A stretch of 64,000 bases of DNA from assembly GCF_009914755.1 (NCBI RefSeq), contig NC_060929.1. One strand, 5' to 3'. Shown here piece after piece: positions 43,804-63,916 of the stretch (positions within the stretch are counted from its first letter, which is position 1; every line of letters starts with the position of its first letter). Both the position numbers and the translations under genes were made by a program. The notes under the pieces were generated by a model that saw nothing but the letters and a program-made list of their open reading frames with translations, did not search any database and had not been told where the DNA came from. The stretch is from the human T2T-CHM13v2.0 reference genome, Homo sapiens.

Positions 43804-46581
43804 CTGATAGTGATATTATTTTATTTTATTTTCATAGGTTTTTAGGGAACAGGTGGTGTTTTGCTACATGAGTAAGTTCTTTAGTGGTGATTTGTGAGAT
43901 TTTGGTGCACCCATCACCAGAGCAGTATACACAGTACCCAATGTGTAGTCTTTTATTGCTCACCTCCCTCCCACCCTTTCTCCCAAGTCCCCAAAGTTCA
44001 ATGTATCATTCTTATGCCTTTGCATCCCCATAGCTTAGCTCCCACTTATGAGTGAGAACATGCAATGCTTGGTTTTCCATTCCTGAGTTACTTCACTTAG
44101 AGTAATGGTCTCCAATTCCATCCAGGTTGCTGCGAATGCCATTATTTTATTCCTTTTTATGGCTGAGTAGTATTCCATCATACATATATACCACAATTTC
44201 TTTATCTACTCATTGATTGATGGGCATTTGGGCTAGTTCTATATTTTTGCAATTGCGAATTGTGCTGCTATAAACATGCATATACAAGTATCTTTTTTGT
44301 ATAATGACTTCTTTTCCTCTGGGTAGATGCCCAGTAGTGGGATTGCTGGATCAAGTAGTAGTTCTACTTTTAGTTCTTTAAGGAATCCCCACACTGTTTT
44401 CAATAGTGGTTGTACTAGTTTACATTCCCACCAGTAGTCTAAGTGTTTCCTTTTCACTGCATCCATGCCAACATCTATTATTTTTTGATTTTTTGATTAT
44501 GGCCATTCTTGCAGGAGTAAGCTTATATCGCGTTATGGTTTTGAATTGCATTTCCCTGATCATTAGTGATTTTGACCATTTTTTCATATGTTTGTTGGCC
44601 ATTTGTTCATTTTCTTTTGAGAATTGTCTATTCATGTCCTTAGCTCATTTTTTTTTTTGATGGGGTTGTTTGTTTTTTTCTTGCCAATTTGTTTGAGTTT
44701 GTTGTAGATTCTGGATATTAGTCCTTTGTTGAATGTACAGATTATGAAGACTTTCTCCCATTCTGGGGGTTGTCTGTTTACTCTGCTGATTGTTTCTTTT
44801 GCTGTGCAGAAACAATATAGTTTAATTAAGTCCCACCTATTTATCATTGTTTTTGTTGCACTTGCTTTTGGGTTTTTGGTCATGAAGTTTTTGCCTAAGC
44901 CAATGTCTAGGAGGGTGTTTCTGATGTTATCTTCTAGAATTTTTATGGTTTCAAGTCTTAGACTGAGTCTTTGATCCATCTTGAGTTGATTTTTGTATAA
45001 GGTAAGACATAAGGATCCAGTTTCATTCTTCTTCATGTGGCTTGCCAATTATCCCAGCTCTATTTGTTGAATAGGTTGTCCTTTTCCCACGTTGTTTTTG
45101 TTTGCTTTGTTGAAGATCAGTTGGCTGAAAGTATTTGGCTTTATTTCTGGGTTCTCTATTCTGTTCCATTGGTCTATGTGCCTGTTTTTATACCAGTACC
45201 ATGCTGTTTTGGTGACTATGGCTTTATAGAATTGTTTCAAGTCAGGTAATGTGATGCCTTCAGATTTATTCTTTTTACTTAGTTTGATTTTAGATTTTAT
45301 AGCTATTATGCTTTTTTTAAAAGAAAAAGCTGGCATTTAAAAACTTTTCTGCTAGAAATAAGGCACCAAAATAGAGCCAAAAACTCTTTAACAATGAAAA
45401 TTATGACATCAAAATGAAAACATAAACTCAAGAGCAATAGCAAACTTATTGAGTGCACCAAGTCACCTTTATTAACTCATCCCATTAAAAGAAACCTGCA
45501 ATCTGTGACATCTGAGTTAAGCTCTGCATCACTCTAATACCAAAACCAGGAAAGGACATAACAAAAAAAGAAAACTACAGACCAATATCACTGATGAATA
45601 TAGCCGGAAAAATCCTTCACAAAATACTAGCTAACTGAATCCAATGGCATATCAAAAAGATAATCCACCATGATCAAGTGGATTTCATACCAGGGATGCA
45701 GGGATAGTTTAACATACGCAAGTCAATAAATGTGATACACCACATAAACAGAATTAAAAACAAAAATCACATAATCATCTCAATAGATGCAGGAAAAGCA
45801 TTTGACAAAATCCAGCATCCCTTTATGATTACAACCCTCAGCAAAATTGGCATAGAAGGAACATAACTTAATGTAATAAAAGCCATCTATGACAAATCCA
45901 CAGCCAAGATAATACTGAATGGGGAAAAGTTGAAAGCATTCCCCCTGAGAACTGGAACAAGACGAGGATGCCCACTCTCACCACTTCTATTCAACATAGC
46001 ACTGGAAGTCCTGGCCGGATCAATCGTACAAGAGAAAGAAATAAAGGGCACCTAAATCAGTAAAGAGGAAGTCAAACTGTTGCTGTTTGCTGATGATATG
46101 ATCATATACCTAGGAAACCCTAAAGACTCCTCCAAAAAACTCCTAGAACTGATAAATGAGTTCAGCAAAGTTTTGGGATACAAAATTAATGTACACAAAT
46201 TAGTAGCTCTGCTATATGCAAACAGTGACCAAGCTGTTTTTGAGAATCAAATCAAGAACTCAATCTCTTTTACAATATCTGCAAAAAAAAAAAAAAATAC
46301 TTAGGAATATACATAACAAAGAAGGTGAAAGAATTCTGCAAGGAAATCTGCAAAACACTGCTGAAAGAAATCCTAAAACAAATGGAAACACATCCCATGC
46401 TCATAGATGGATAGAATCAATATTGTGAAAATGACCATACTGCCAAAAGCAATCTACAAATTCCATGCATTTTCCAACAAAATACCGCCATCATCCTTCA
46501 CAGAACAAGAAAGACAATCCTAAAATTCATATGGAATCAAAAAAGAGCCTGCATAGCCAAAGAAAGACTGATAGTGATATT
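43804..46581 (-). mobile_element. L1PB1-like, 5'-truncated with 5' inversion and junction filler
   Basis: TSD CTGATAGTGATATT at 43804-43817 and 46568-46581. The 3' part lies on - (43818-45283; L1PB1-type end TTTTTAGGGAACAGGTGGTGTTTT) and an inverted ORF2 part on + (45526-46567, LFADD motif). Confidence 0.9.
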
Positions 46582-46689
46582 GATACCTGCAATTGCTCAG
46601 GCTAATTTAAATTGCATTTCTGAGATGGGCAACCTAAAGAATCCTTGCTGACATGACTGAATTTCCATTCAATCTTTTCCTTATCCAAG

Positions 46690-46996
46690 GCTCTGTATGA
46701 CAGTCACTGGGCACATGTAACTTTTGAGTGCTTGAAATGTGATTAGTCCAAATTAAGATGAAGTTGTAAAGTACACACTGTTTCAAAGACTTAGTACTAA
46801 AAAAAGTAAAGCATCTCAATAATTTTTATATTGATTATATGTTAAAATGATACTCCTTTGGATATATTGGTTTAAGTACAATATATTGATAAAATTAATT
46901 TTACTTTTTTCTTTTGTCCTTTTTAATGTGGTTATTAGAAAATTAAAAATTACCTAGTGACCCACATTGTGTTTATTTTGGATAGCTGTGTTCTAG
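46690..46996. mobile_element. MER33-like DNA transposon
   Basis: Reads TTGAGTGCTTGAAATGTGATTAGTCCAAATTAAGATG...TTTCAAAGACTTAGTAC...TTGGATAGCTGTGTTCTAG. Confidence 0.7.
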
Positions 46997-47434
46997 AATA
47001 CCTACCTCAGTGCTTACTGCCCTTTATCAAATTTCTAGTAATTGAGTCAATAGGTTAATTTCAGAGACTCATATACCTGAAGAGATGGGCAACTCAAATA
47101 ACCCTGGCTAATACGACTGCATTTCCATACAATTGTATGTGCAGATTCTGATTTATGAGTGAGCTTTTGGTGCTGTTTATGAGTGACCTTTTGTGGGACT
47201 GAATGGATTTCCAAGAACACACAGAGGCTCAGCTTCTCGTTCCTCATAAACACCTATGTCTGAAGTGGCAAGCAGTGCCATGGCTTAACAATCCTAGTTA
47301 ATGACACGCTGCTGGTTTTCAGCCAGTAGTTAGTAGTATCTTTCTATGAGAAGAAAGAAGCCTATAATCTATGCCCAACACATCATTGACATTTATTAGA
47401 GCTTTTCAAAAAGCAACACATGGAGCTGTATTGT

Positions 47435-47436
<2 letters not shown>

Positions 47437-47501
<65 letters not shown>
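47437..47501 (+). repeat. (GA)n microsatellite with one interruption
   Basis: Direct read of the sequence. Confidence 0.97.
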
Positions 47502-47505
<4 letters not shown>

Positions 47506-49443
47506 CAACACAGATTAAGGAATTCAAGTTGCAGGTGCAGTTTCCACTGTATTTTACAGAGATGTTGATAAAACAAGAGATTTTATGTGGCTGTCAGCAC
47601 CTCCAGTTTAGTCACTAAAAGTAATTGTGGGGTTCATGAACATCAGAGATCCTTAAATTATAGTTTGACACTTCATACAAATTTGGTCCTGATTAACCCC
47701 TGGAGGGGTTTGGTGGTAATTTATTGAGAGAGGTGATTTGGTATGTGCACACATGCATGCACGTGCGTGCGCACACATACACACAAACGCATATATGTGT
47801 GTATTTATACTCAAAATGTTCCTCCTTCCTAGAAAATGATTGAATTCTTATGAGTGAGCATATTTAGTCTAGATGCAGATGAATTCACTTATTCAGAGAA
47901 CATTTATTGGGGTTATGAGCATTTATTGAGGGCCCCAGAGCTAGGCAGAGTGCACTGATTAGTATATGGCTGTTTGGGGACTACTGAAAATAATAGTCCC
48001 TTTTAGAAGACTTATATGTAGGATTCTACAGAACCACTAACCTAGCAGAAAATGGGAAAATGCAGAAAGATTTTTTGAAATAATTACAATACAGTGAAAA
48101 GAATGTGAAATACTAAATTATAAGACCCTAGAATTCATCATTTACTAGCTGCTATGACTTCAGGGAAGTTGATTAGCATAGTTTTCAAACCTATAAAATA
48201 GTAATGGTGTTAATAAAATAAAGTAATAATCCCCAACTTGCAGGGTTGTTTTGAGGATGTGAGATGACATATCTATCTAAAAGCAATTTTGTTAATAGAA
48301 AATTAACTCCAGAATATTAGATTAACACATTTTATTGTGATGTTGTGCCAGCTTCATTTTATTTGCAAGCACTAGAGGGTCCTAAATTTATAAGTTAGTC
48401 TGTAGCAATAATCAGAACCTTTGATTTCCTACTTGAAGCATGCCACTTTATTTTGAATTAATGCATAATCTGGAATGAGGTAGAAGATTTAATAGTATAA
48501 TGCAATAAGATTTAGTATAATGAAGGAAATGACTACACAGGTCACAAGATCGCATACATTTGAATGATACAAAGCTTAATTAAAATTAATTTGTTTTATC
48601 CTTAATGATGAGGCCAAAGCAAACATTATTTTTATGTCTTTTACAAGTGATGTCAAATAACTAATTCTGAGGCAAGAATTAAGTTAAAAGTAAAATTTAC
48701 CGAAATCTGTGAATTTGATAGGGAAAACAATGTCTTATATTGCAGTATTGAAGTTTATAAGAATCAGACTACACTTTATACTTAAATTTTTTTCCTTTGG
48801 TTCATCTAAGGCAGCTACTTGCTGGGACTTTGCATACTTTTATTTATCTATCAATCAGCCTGCACTCTGGCTTTTAATCAGGTTGGTGAAAATCCTTACC
48901 ACGTGATTATGAAATGATTTCTTTTTTTGATTAAAATGGTAGGAAATTTAAAAGAAAAAGAAAATTAACTTTATAAATATTACTTAGCTTCCTAATTAAT
49001 AAATAACTTAGTTATAGAAAATTGTCATTTATAGCATAATGTATACATACAGGGTGGCAATTTTCCAAAAATTTGAACACAATAAAATACATTAATAGAA
49101 AAATTCCACTGAACATTTAATATTTTTGGATTATTCTGAAGGCATGTTGGGGTTTTGGCATGTCTTTAAATTGCCTTACCCATTACCCCAGTAGATATGG
49201 GATAGTAGGATAATCAATTAACCTTGGGACGAACAGAAAAACACTTTTCTACATAGTGTTTAAAAATAAACCTTGTCCTTCCTATGATTTTCACAGATGC
49301 TGTGATGATCATCTTTAACTAAAATCTAAGACCCATTATTATTTGCAACATTGTCCCTTCTCAATGATTCTGTTTTAAAATATAATTCCCTTGAGACAGC
49401 ACCAGCATGTTATTGGGAATTAGTTTTTATCTGCTTTTTAGAC

Positions 49444-49580
49444 TTCTTCTATAATGGGAACAAGGCAGGATAAACACCCTCATTCTCTGTGGGATGAAAT
49501 GAGGTTTAGAAAGATGGAGTCTTTCTAAGTGGAAGTAGAAGTATGAAGCAGGTGAACATGTTTGCAGTGACTTCTACTTA
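49444..49580. repeat. Local segmental copy of 54402-54532 (one part inverted, one direct)
   Basis: 49444-49519 is the reverse complement of 54457-54532 (71/76). 49543-49580 matches 54402-54439 directly (35/38). Confidence 0.9.
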
Positions 49581-50224
49581 CTGGAATTGTTGCACATTAA
49601 TCTTCCCAGATCCCAGATCCTGCCATGTTACTCACCCACTCAACAACTTTCAATGGCTCTGCATTGACTCCAAACTTTCCACTCTCCCATTACTCCCCTC
49701 TACACATTACCCTATCCTTCATTTAAACTGGGTATCTTATTCTTTCTTAAACATGGCCTAGTGTCCTTCTTCTATTTCTTTGCTTCTCCATTATCGCCAT
49801 CTTTCCTAATCTAGTTTATGTTTCATGACTCCACTCAAATCCACTTTCTTCATGAGGTTTACTTTCCCCTCTCCCTCACCCCATCCAAATAAATATATTA
49901 CCTTCCCTCTCATTTCCAAGGCACTTTCTTTGTGTCTTTTTCACATCATGTATCATAGTGTGCCTTTTATCGTAATTATTTTAGTGTTTGACTAATCCAG
50001 CCACACACTGTAAGCTTATTGAAAGCATAAAGAGACTGTGTCTTCCTCAACTTTTTAACATATTCATAATATGTTGCAATTATAATCCAGGTGAAACGGA
50101 CTATAAATAAATTTTCACTGATTTTTTAAATGTAATGTACATATGTTTTATCTCTCCCATTAAAGGAGATGTTCCTTGATGGTGGGGATCATATCTAACT
50201 TACTGCCCATATCCTCCACAGCAT

Positions 50225-53942
<3,718 letters not shown>

Positions 53943-54559
53943 ATGGATAGATAGATGGATGGATGATGAACGGATGGAGAAAATTTATCAATTTCTCTAC
54001 TGTTCCTTGGCTATTAGGTCTTCTAGTCATTGGCCCAGTTGCCAACTGAGTTTGAAAGAAGCAATACTCAGCTGTGACTGTTGATGGAAAAATGGACCAT
54101 AGAGGAAATTTCTGACCCACTTTTGGCAAAGTGGACACACATAGACCCAGCCCTTCTCTCTGAAAGATGGACAAACTGTTTGGGAGGGGATGACCTCCCA
54201 GCAAGGTCAATGTGGCTCTAGGGTGACCAACTGAGGGAGAGCAGCTGGGCCAAAGTGACCTGTCCAGCCATTGCTCAGAACAGGCTGTAATCCTCACTGT
54301 GAACAAGTCCACTGAGTTTGCTTGTGGAGGATAAATGCAGGACTGACTGTATAGAAAGGTAAAGAAGCATCACCTTGGCCAGGGAGGCCCCAGACAAAAT
54401 CATGAAGCAGGTGTATGTGTTTGCAGTGACTTCTACTTATCCTTTTTGCCCAGTGTCTCCACCTTTCTAAATCTCATTTCATCCCACAGGGAATGAGGGT
54501 TTTTATCCTGCCTTGTTCCCATTATGGAAGAAATAAAATAAAGCAGAGTAATGCTAAGC

Positions 54560-55410
54560 ATTCATTGTTACTCTCATGGCTTGCAGGTTGGCTGCAGCCT
54601 GGCTGAGCTAGGCTGGGCTTGACTGGGTGGCTCTGCTTCAGCTGCAACCCTGGCTAGGCTTGACCCTTTGCTGTGAGTTGGACTCATGTCTACACCCATA
54701 TGATCATGTTAGAGTCCAGGCTCAAAGGGCAGCAGCCACCTGAAGGAAGCTCTTGTCCAGGTAATGGCAGAAGCATAGGACAGGTATTAGTTTCCTAGGG
54801 CTGTCATAACAAAATACTACAAACTTGGTGCCTTAAAATAATGAAAATTTATTCTTCTACAGTTCTGGGGGCTAGAAGTTAAAAATGAATGTGTAGGCAG
54901 TGCCATGATCCCCCCAAAAGTTCTAGGAAAGTGGCCTTACTTATCTCTTCCAGTTTTTGGTGGCTGCAGGTTTTCCATGGCTTGTAGCAGCATTACTCCA
55001 ATCTCTACCTCTGTCCTCTGGCATTCTTTTCATGTTTCTGCGTCTTGTCTCATGCAAGGGCACTTTTATTGGATTTAGGGCCTGCCTTACTTTAGTATGA
55101 CAGTATGATCATAAGTTCCTTTCAATCCTTACCTTAATTACATCTACAAAGACCCTATTCCCAAATACGGTCATATTCTGAGGTTCCAGGTGGACACAAA
55201 TTTTTAGGAGACATGATTCACACACTACAGGAGGGCAAACCCAAACAGGCAAACACATTATGTCTGCTCACATCTCATGGGCAAAACCAAGTCACATCAA
55301 TTGGTAATTATCTTCTGTCTCTAGTGTGAGGGGCTGTAAAGTCACATGGAACAGGCCTGGATACACAGGGTGGGAAAGAAATGGGGCCAACAATCCAACC
55401 TACTACAAAA
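54560..55410 (-). mobile_element. Old MLT1 LTR with nested MLT1C-like LTR (~54784-55229)
   Basis: GTATTAGTTTCCTAGGGCTGTCATAACAAAATACTACAAACTTGGTG...ATTCACACACTACA sits inside an MLT1H-like sequence. Confidence 0.65.
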
Positions 55411-56698
55411 GCCTAGTTTGCTGTGAACCCAGAAGAGGAGATGGTTGGTGGTTCTGCAGTGCTTCCTAGCCCTCCAGACTCTCATCTGCATAAATGGGTT
55501 TGCTGAGAAGTCCGTGCCTCATGGAGTTACAGTAATGATTCAGTGTTAATACATGCAAGCTGCTTAGCACAGTATGTGGCACACAGTAAGCACAGAATTA
55601 ATGTTAACTACTATGATCCTTATGAACCCACTGTCCTTTCTCTACCATCCACTTCACCACTCTCTGTTATTCCTTATGCTTTCCCCCCTTCTCCTGGTTT
55701 TCAACACATGTAATTTCCATTTTGCATAATTCACATAAACGAGCAAAGAAATTCTCCTGTTGAAGAGTCTTGTTATACTAGAATTTGGAAAAAGGGGGTC
55801 CCAATTATAGGGTGAGATAACTATTTAGGACATTAACTATTAAGATAGTGGATAGTTGTGGGCAATAAGCAAGCTAAACTAGTGCTTTGATCTCCTGAAA
55901 GGGAACTTGCTGTAGGTTGAGGGATTTCTGTGGCTTTCATCAAAGGAGTGAGAATCATGCTGGGCCATTACCTTTGCAGAGTGGAAATGATCCAGCTCAG
56001 TTTTGAAGCAAAAGCTGATCAGATAAGGGCAAGAGAGCAAAGGATGCTGCATCATCACCCAGGCTGGCCTCTTGGCCAGCAGGCGGAGAGATAAGAACGT
56101 TGCTCTGGGGAACGAGTTCCCCAGCAGTAACTGCAGTCTCTGTTTGGAATATGAGTTGTTCCATGCTAATGAGTCACATTTCATCATTTCCGGGAGTTGA
56201 TGCCCCAGAAGGGACTGTTGTCACATAAAACCTTTTTATAAAAACTGTTTATTTGGTGGAGTCTTTATGTTTAGCTTTTGCACCAAAATAATTTCTAAGT
56301 GATGATTCATTTCCAACCTACATGACATGCATAGACGCAGCTAATGCAAAATAGTGTTGATGCACGTTTTTTACATTTTTTTTTCAATTTAAAGAACCGT
56401 TGTACAGTTTTTGCTAAGGTCTCAGGATTTCTTGAGATTCCTGTGGACACAGTGCTGCAGAGCTGCACCCGAGGCAGGATCTGATGGGAAAGAGTGCTGA
56501 CCTGTTAAGGGCTGGATGATCGTTCTGGATGGAATGTGCAGGAAGCTCTAACACTGAAAATGGACTTAGGGACTGTCTTTGCCTCTGTTGGCTGTTAATG
56601 ATCTTTGCAATCCCGAGAATTTTAGAAAAGAGAGCAATAATTTCTACTAGCTGTATGGTTACTAATTTCTAATCATCTAAATATAACCTTTTATATTA

Positions 56699-57261
56699 AA
56701 ATAGGTGTGATTACAGGCACAGAAAACCAAACACCACGTTCTCACTTCTTTTTTTTTAAATTTTATTATTATTATACTTTAAGTTTTAGGGTACATGTGC
56801 ACAATGTGCAGGTTTGTTACATATGTATACATGTGCCATGTTGGTGCGCTGCACCCACTAACTCGTCATTTAGCATCTCCTAATGCTATCCCTCCCCCCT
56901 CCCCCCACCTCACAACAGTCCCCGGTGTGTGATGTTCCCCTCCCTGTGTCCATGTGTTCTCATTGTTCAAGTCCCACTTATGAGTGCACATGTTCTCACT
57001 TCTAAATGGGAGTTGAGCAATGAGAACACATGGACACAGGGACAGGAACAACACACACTGGGCCTCTTTGAGGGCGGAGTCGGGGGGCATCAGGATAAAT
57101 ATTTAATGCACGTGGAGCTTAATACCTGGGTGATGGGTTGATAGGTGCAGCAAACCACCATTGCACATGTTCATCTATGTAACAAACCTGCATGTCCCGC
57201 ACATGTATCCTGGAATGAAATAAAATAAAATAAAATGAAAAAAATTAAATAGGTGTGATTA
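56699..57261 (+). mobile_element. Short older L1PA 3' end (PA8-PA11-like) containing an antisense younger L1 3' end
   Basis: Outer TSD AAATAGGTGTGATTA at 56699-56713 and 57247-57261. Confidence 0.88.
56750..56986 (-). mobile_element. Inner ~237-bp L1PA (PA4/5-like) 3' end
   Basis: Poly-T plus TTATACTTTAAGTTTTAGGGTACATG. TSD core GTTCTCACTTCT at 56738-56749 and 56992-57003; EN-type site TTCT/AA. Confidence 0.88.
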
Positions 57262-57341
57262 GCAAGATGAATTCCCCTGTGAAGCCTGGAGCAGGCTTCA
57301 CTTTTTTCAACACACATCTGTGCCTCAACAACATCAGACAA

Positions 57342-57623
57342 GGTGTGGGGGCTCACGCCTGTAATCCCAGTACTGTGGGTGGCTGTTGCAGGAGGATCAC
57401 TTGAGGCCAGGAGTTGGAGACCAGCCTGGGAAACATAGCAAAACCCTGCCTCTACAAAAAATAAAAAATTAGCCAGGCATGATGGTGTACGCTTGTAGTT
57501 CTAGCTTCTTGGAAGGCTGAGGCAGTAGGATTCCTTGAGCCCAGGAGTTCAAGGTTATAGTTATCTATTATTGTGCCACTGCACTCCAGTTTGGGTGACA
57601 GAGCAAGACCCTGTCTTAAAAAA
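57342..57623 (+). mobile_element. AluJ
   Basis: Dimer with GGAGTTCAAGG and CACTTGAGGCCAGGAG diagnostics. Confidence 0.9.
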
Positions 57624-59443
57624 TGTCTTCTGGCCAAGAGAAGTGAGTATGGGTCAGCAAACATGAAGTTCTTGCCCAGAGATCGAGAGATGCTGTTGGC
57701 CTTTGCAGGGGGAATGGCCCTGCCCAGCAGAGGGTAGAGCTGTAAGGGACCCTGCCAGGAGATTTTGCCCATGGGTCACTTGAAGAGTGAGGAGTCACCC
57801 TTCTCTCATTGACCATGTGCTTCTTGGTCCTTTCTCCACCAGCCATGAATGTGTGTATGCATATAGGTGTGTGTGTGTGTGTGTATGTGTGTAGCAGGGG
57901 CGGGGAGGAGGATGGGATACCAAGGTGTCAGCGATCCACCCGTCTTTGTGCTCTGCCACTGCCAACAGCATCCAAATGCTAATATTCAGCCTCTCCACCC
58001 AGACATAGCTACACAGGTCCCTCCCACTTCTACATTCTGTGGCAGACATTGCTTATTGCCTAAACAGAGCCTTATTCTTCCTCAACTCCCTTCTTTCCTG
58101 CTCACAGAACCTGATTTATTCAGGAAGCAGGTGGAGTGTAGCAGGTTGATCTTGGGGAGCATAGGCCCTTATGTCAGCCATATAAGATAAAGCATTGAAA
58201 TCAGTTAAGGGACTTTCATTCCCTTTAGCCAGTGATTGGCCTAAGAGTTTGCATATAACCCTGTTCTGATGAACAATGTAAGGGAGATAGATGAAGGGGA
58301 AGATTCAAATAAAAGCTTCATGAGAAGGGGCCTTTCAGCTTTTCCTTTTCTTCTCACCTGGAAAATATATATGAAGCCTGGAGGTTTGGTAGCCATGTTG
58401 CAGCAATGAGGACAAAACACAGAACACTAAGGAAGTTAGAGCAGAAAGACCACAAGAACCAGCCTTGGTTAGCCTATCTTCAGACTTTCTTATTATGTAA
58501 GAAAAATGTCTCCTTACCCCAATAAGTGTAATCCACTGTTTGTTACTCTATTTTTATGATACTGATAGCCAAATGCTTTGTCTTAATTTCACTACTGGCT
58601 AGTTTTCTAAGCTCTGCAAAATGTGGGACTGCCATTGATGCAGGGAATAGGTGGTAGTGTTGAGGATGAGAAGTAAGAGGGGGTCCAACCAAATGGTGCT
58701 ATCCCTTAGCCCACCAAAATTTCAAGGTGCTACTCTTGAATTATAACACTTTTATAACAAATGTGACACCAAAGATGCATGTGTACACTGTACCAAGCAG
58801 AATGGGGCTTTGGACTGCCTGTCAAAAGCTTCTCAGGGAGCCTAGAAGTGACGTTCTTATTGGCAAAATGTGATGGAGTGAAAAATCAGAGGAAACTGAG
58901 GAGAAAATAGGGTTGTAAAGGAAATAAAGCAGGTCTTCATAACTCTTAAACACCTTTCACCATTCTGTCTATTTCAGATTAAATGAGGCCAGCTGCTGAG
59001 GATGTCAGGGAGTCTGGGTAGGCCAAGGCCAGGGAGCAGAGAGTCCTGGGTCCCTAAGGCCACATATGAGGGATGAATTTTGGCAGCAATGCAGCAAGTC
59101 TTCTCACATGTAGAGACAAAATGTATAATATCTGGAATGTGTTGGCATGGGAGAAGGGCTGCCTGCTAGTCTCATATACCAGTCACAGAATGAGTGCTGC
59201 CACGTCTTATTTTATATGTGTGCGAATCTACATAATGTTGGAAATAATGTGGTTAAACCAGGGATTGGACCCAATTGTCTTAAGTGACCAGGTGGTTTCT
59301 GTAAATGATTGAAACACAAATGCCTCATTTCAAGGGAGCAATTATTACTAAACTCCAGCCCACTGCCACCAGACCATAAAAACTTATGTTTTCAAGAGGA
59401 CATGAAGAAAATATTGATTTTTGTGTGAATTCTTCTGATTTTA

Positions 59444-59839
<396 letters not shown>

Positions 59840-60218
59840 TTACAATCTTGATGCTATCCAGGAACTCTCCAAGGTACTGTTGATACAGTCATGTTCACAA
59901 GTACTTGAAAGAATCCAGTGACAGACCTAGAGAGGACAGATAAGGAAGACACAGAGAACTTCTCTCAGAAAACCGTAAAACAAGCTGTTTTCATTAAAAA
60001 ATAAAAACTGGAATCCAGCAATTCGTATCTTGAGAAAAAGCAAGATGTTTAAATATCCATTGATAGAAAATTTAGTAGTAAAAGGTCATACTTGGACATG
60101 TACATAAAACAAAAAAAATCTGTGACTAATTAATAAGAAGGGACCTGATATAAAAAGTGGCTGTCTCAGCATAGAAAATGTGGAACAAGGGAAACATAAA
60201 ACAGGTGAAGAGGACTAG

Positions 60219-60584
<366 letters not shown>

Positions 60585-61182
60585 TAAAAATTGGTATCAG
60601 AATTCTTTTAGATATATCTACATAAAATCTCCTAGTTAAAGAATTTATCCTTTTTGATTGAGACTGATGAGTGGTTGAGTAGACCTATGCTCATAGATAG
60701 ACATGTGTGTAAATAGATCAGCAGGTAGGTACTGGGACTGGATGGATCCTAAAATAACTCTAAGAATTAAGATTCTCATGGCCCTGCTGGGCAAAACCAG
60801 GTATGAATTTCTACCTTCATTTTTTTTTATGTGATATATGTTATACTTGTAAGGTCCGATGCATAGGGAAAGAACTCTGTCTGGTTAAGTGCAACAGTCC
60901 TGCCTCTAACAATAAAACAAGGTGGAGGTTGATAAAATTATAATTTGGGCTTTTCCTTGATAGCAATATTCAGAATAAGCAATATGTAATCACCACATCA
61001 AACCCTTGCATCTTCTTCTCTTTCTACACCAGAACCTGTAAAGTCCTTCCTAACCATAACTAAGGCAGCCTGGATGGGACTATGCCTAACTCATGTCAAC
61101 AGCATTCTCTGCTTTGCTACAGTTATGTAACTACTTTTTAAAAGTGTTTATGGCCTCAGTTTTATTGGTCGTTAAAAAAACC

Positions 61183-63885
<2,703 letters not shown>

Positions 63886-63916
63886 TTATTTTTACTTGTT
63901 TTCTATTTAAAAAAAA

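Noticed and set aside
47371-47568. RE-repeat ORF
   Set aside because: Translation of the (GA)n microsatellite.
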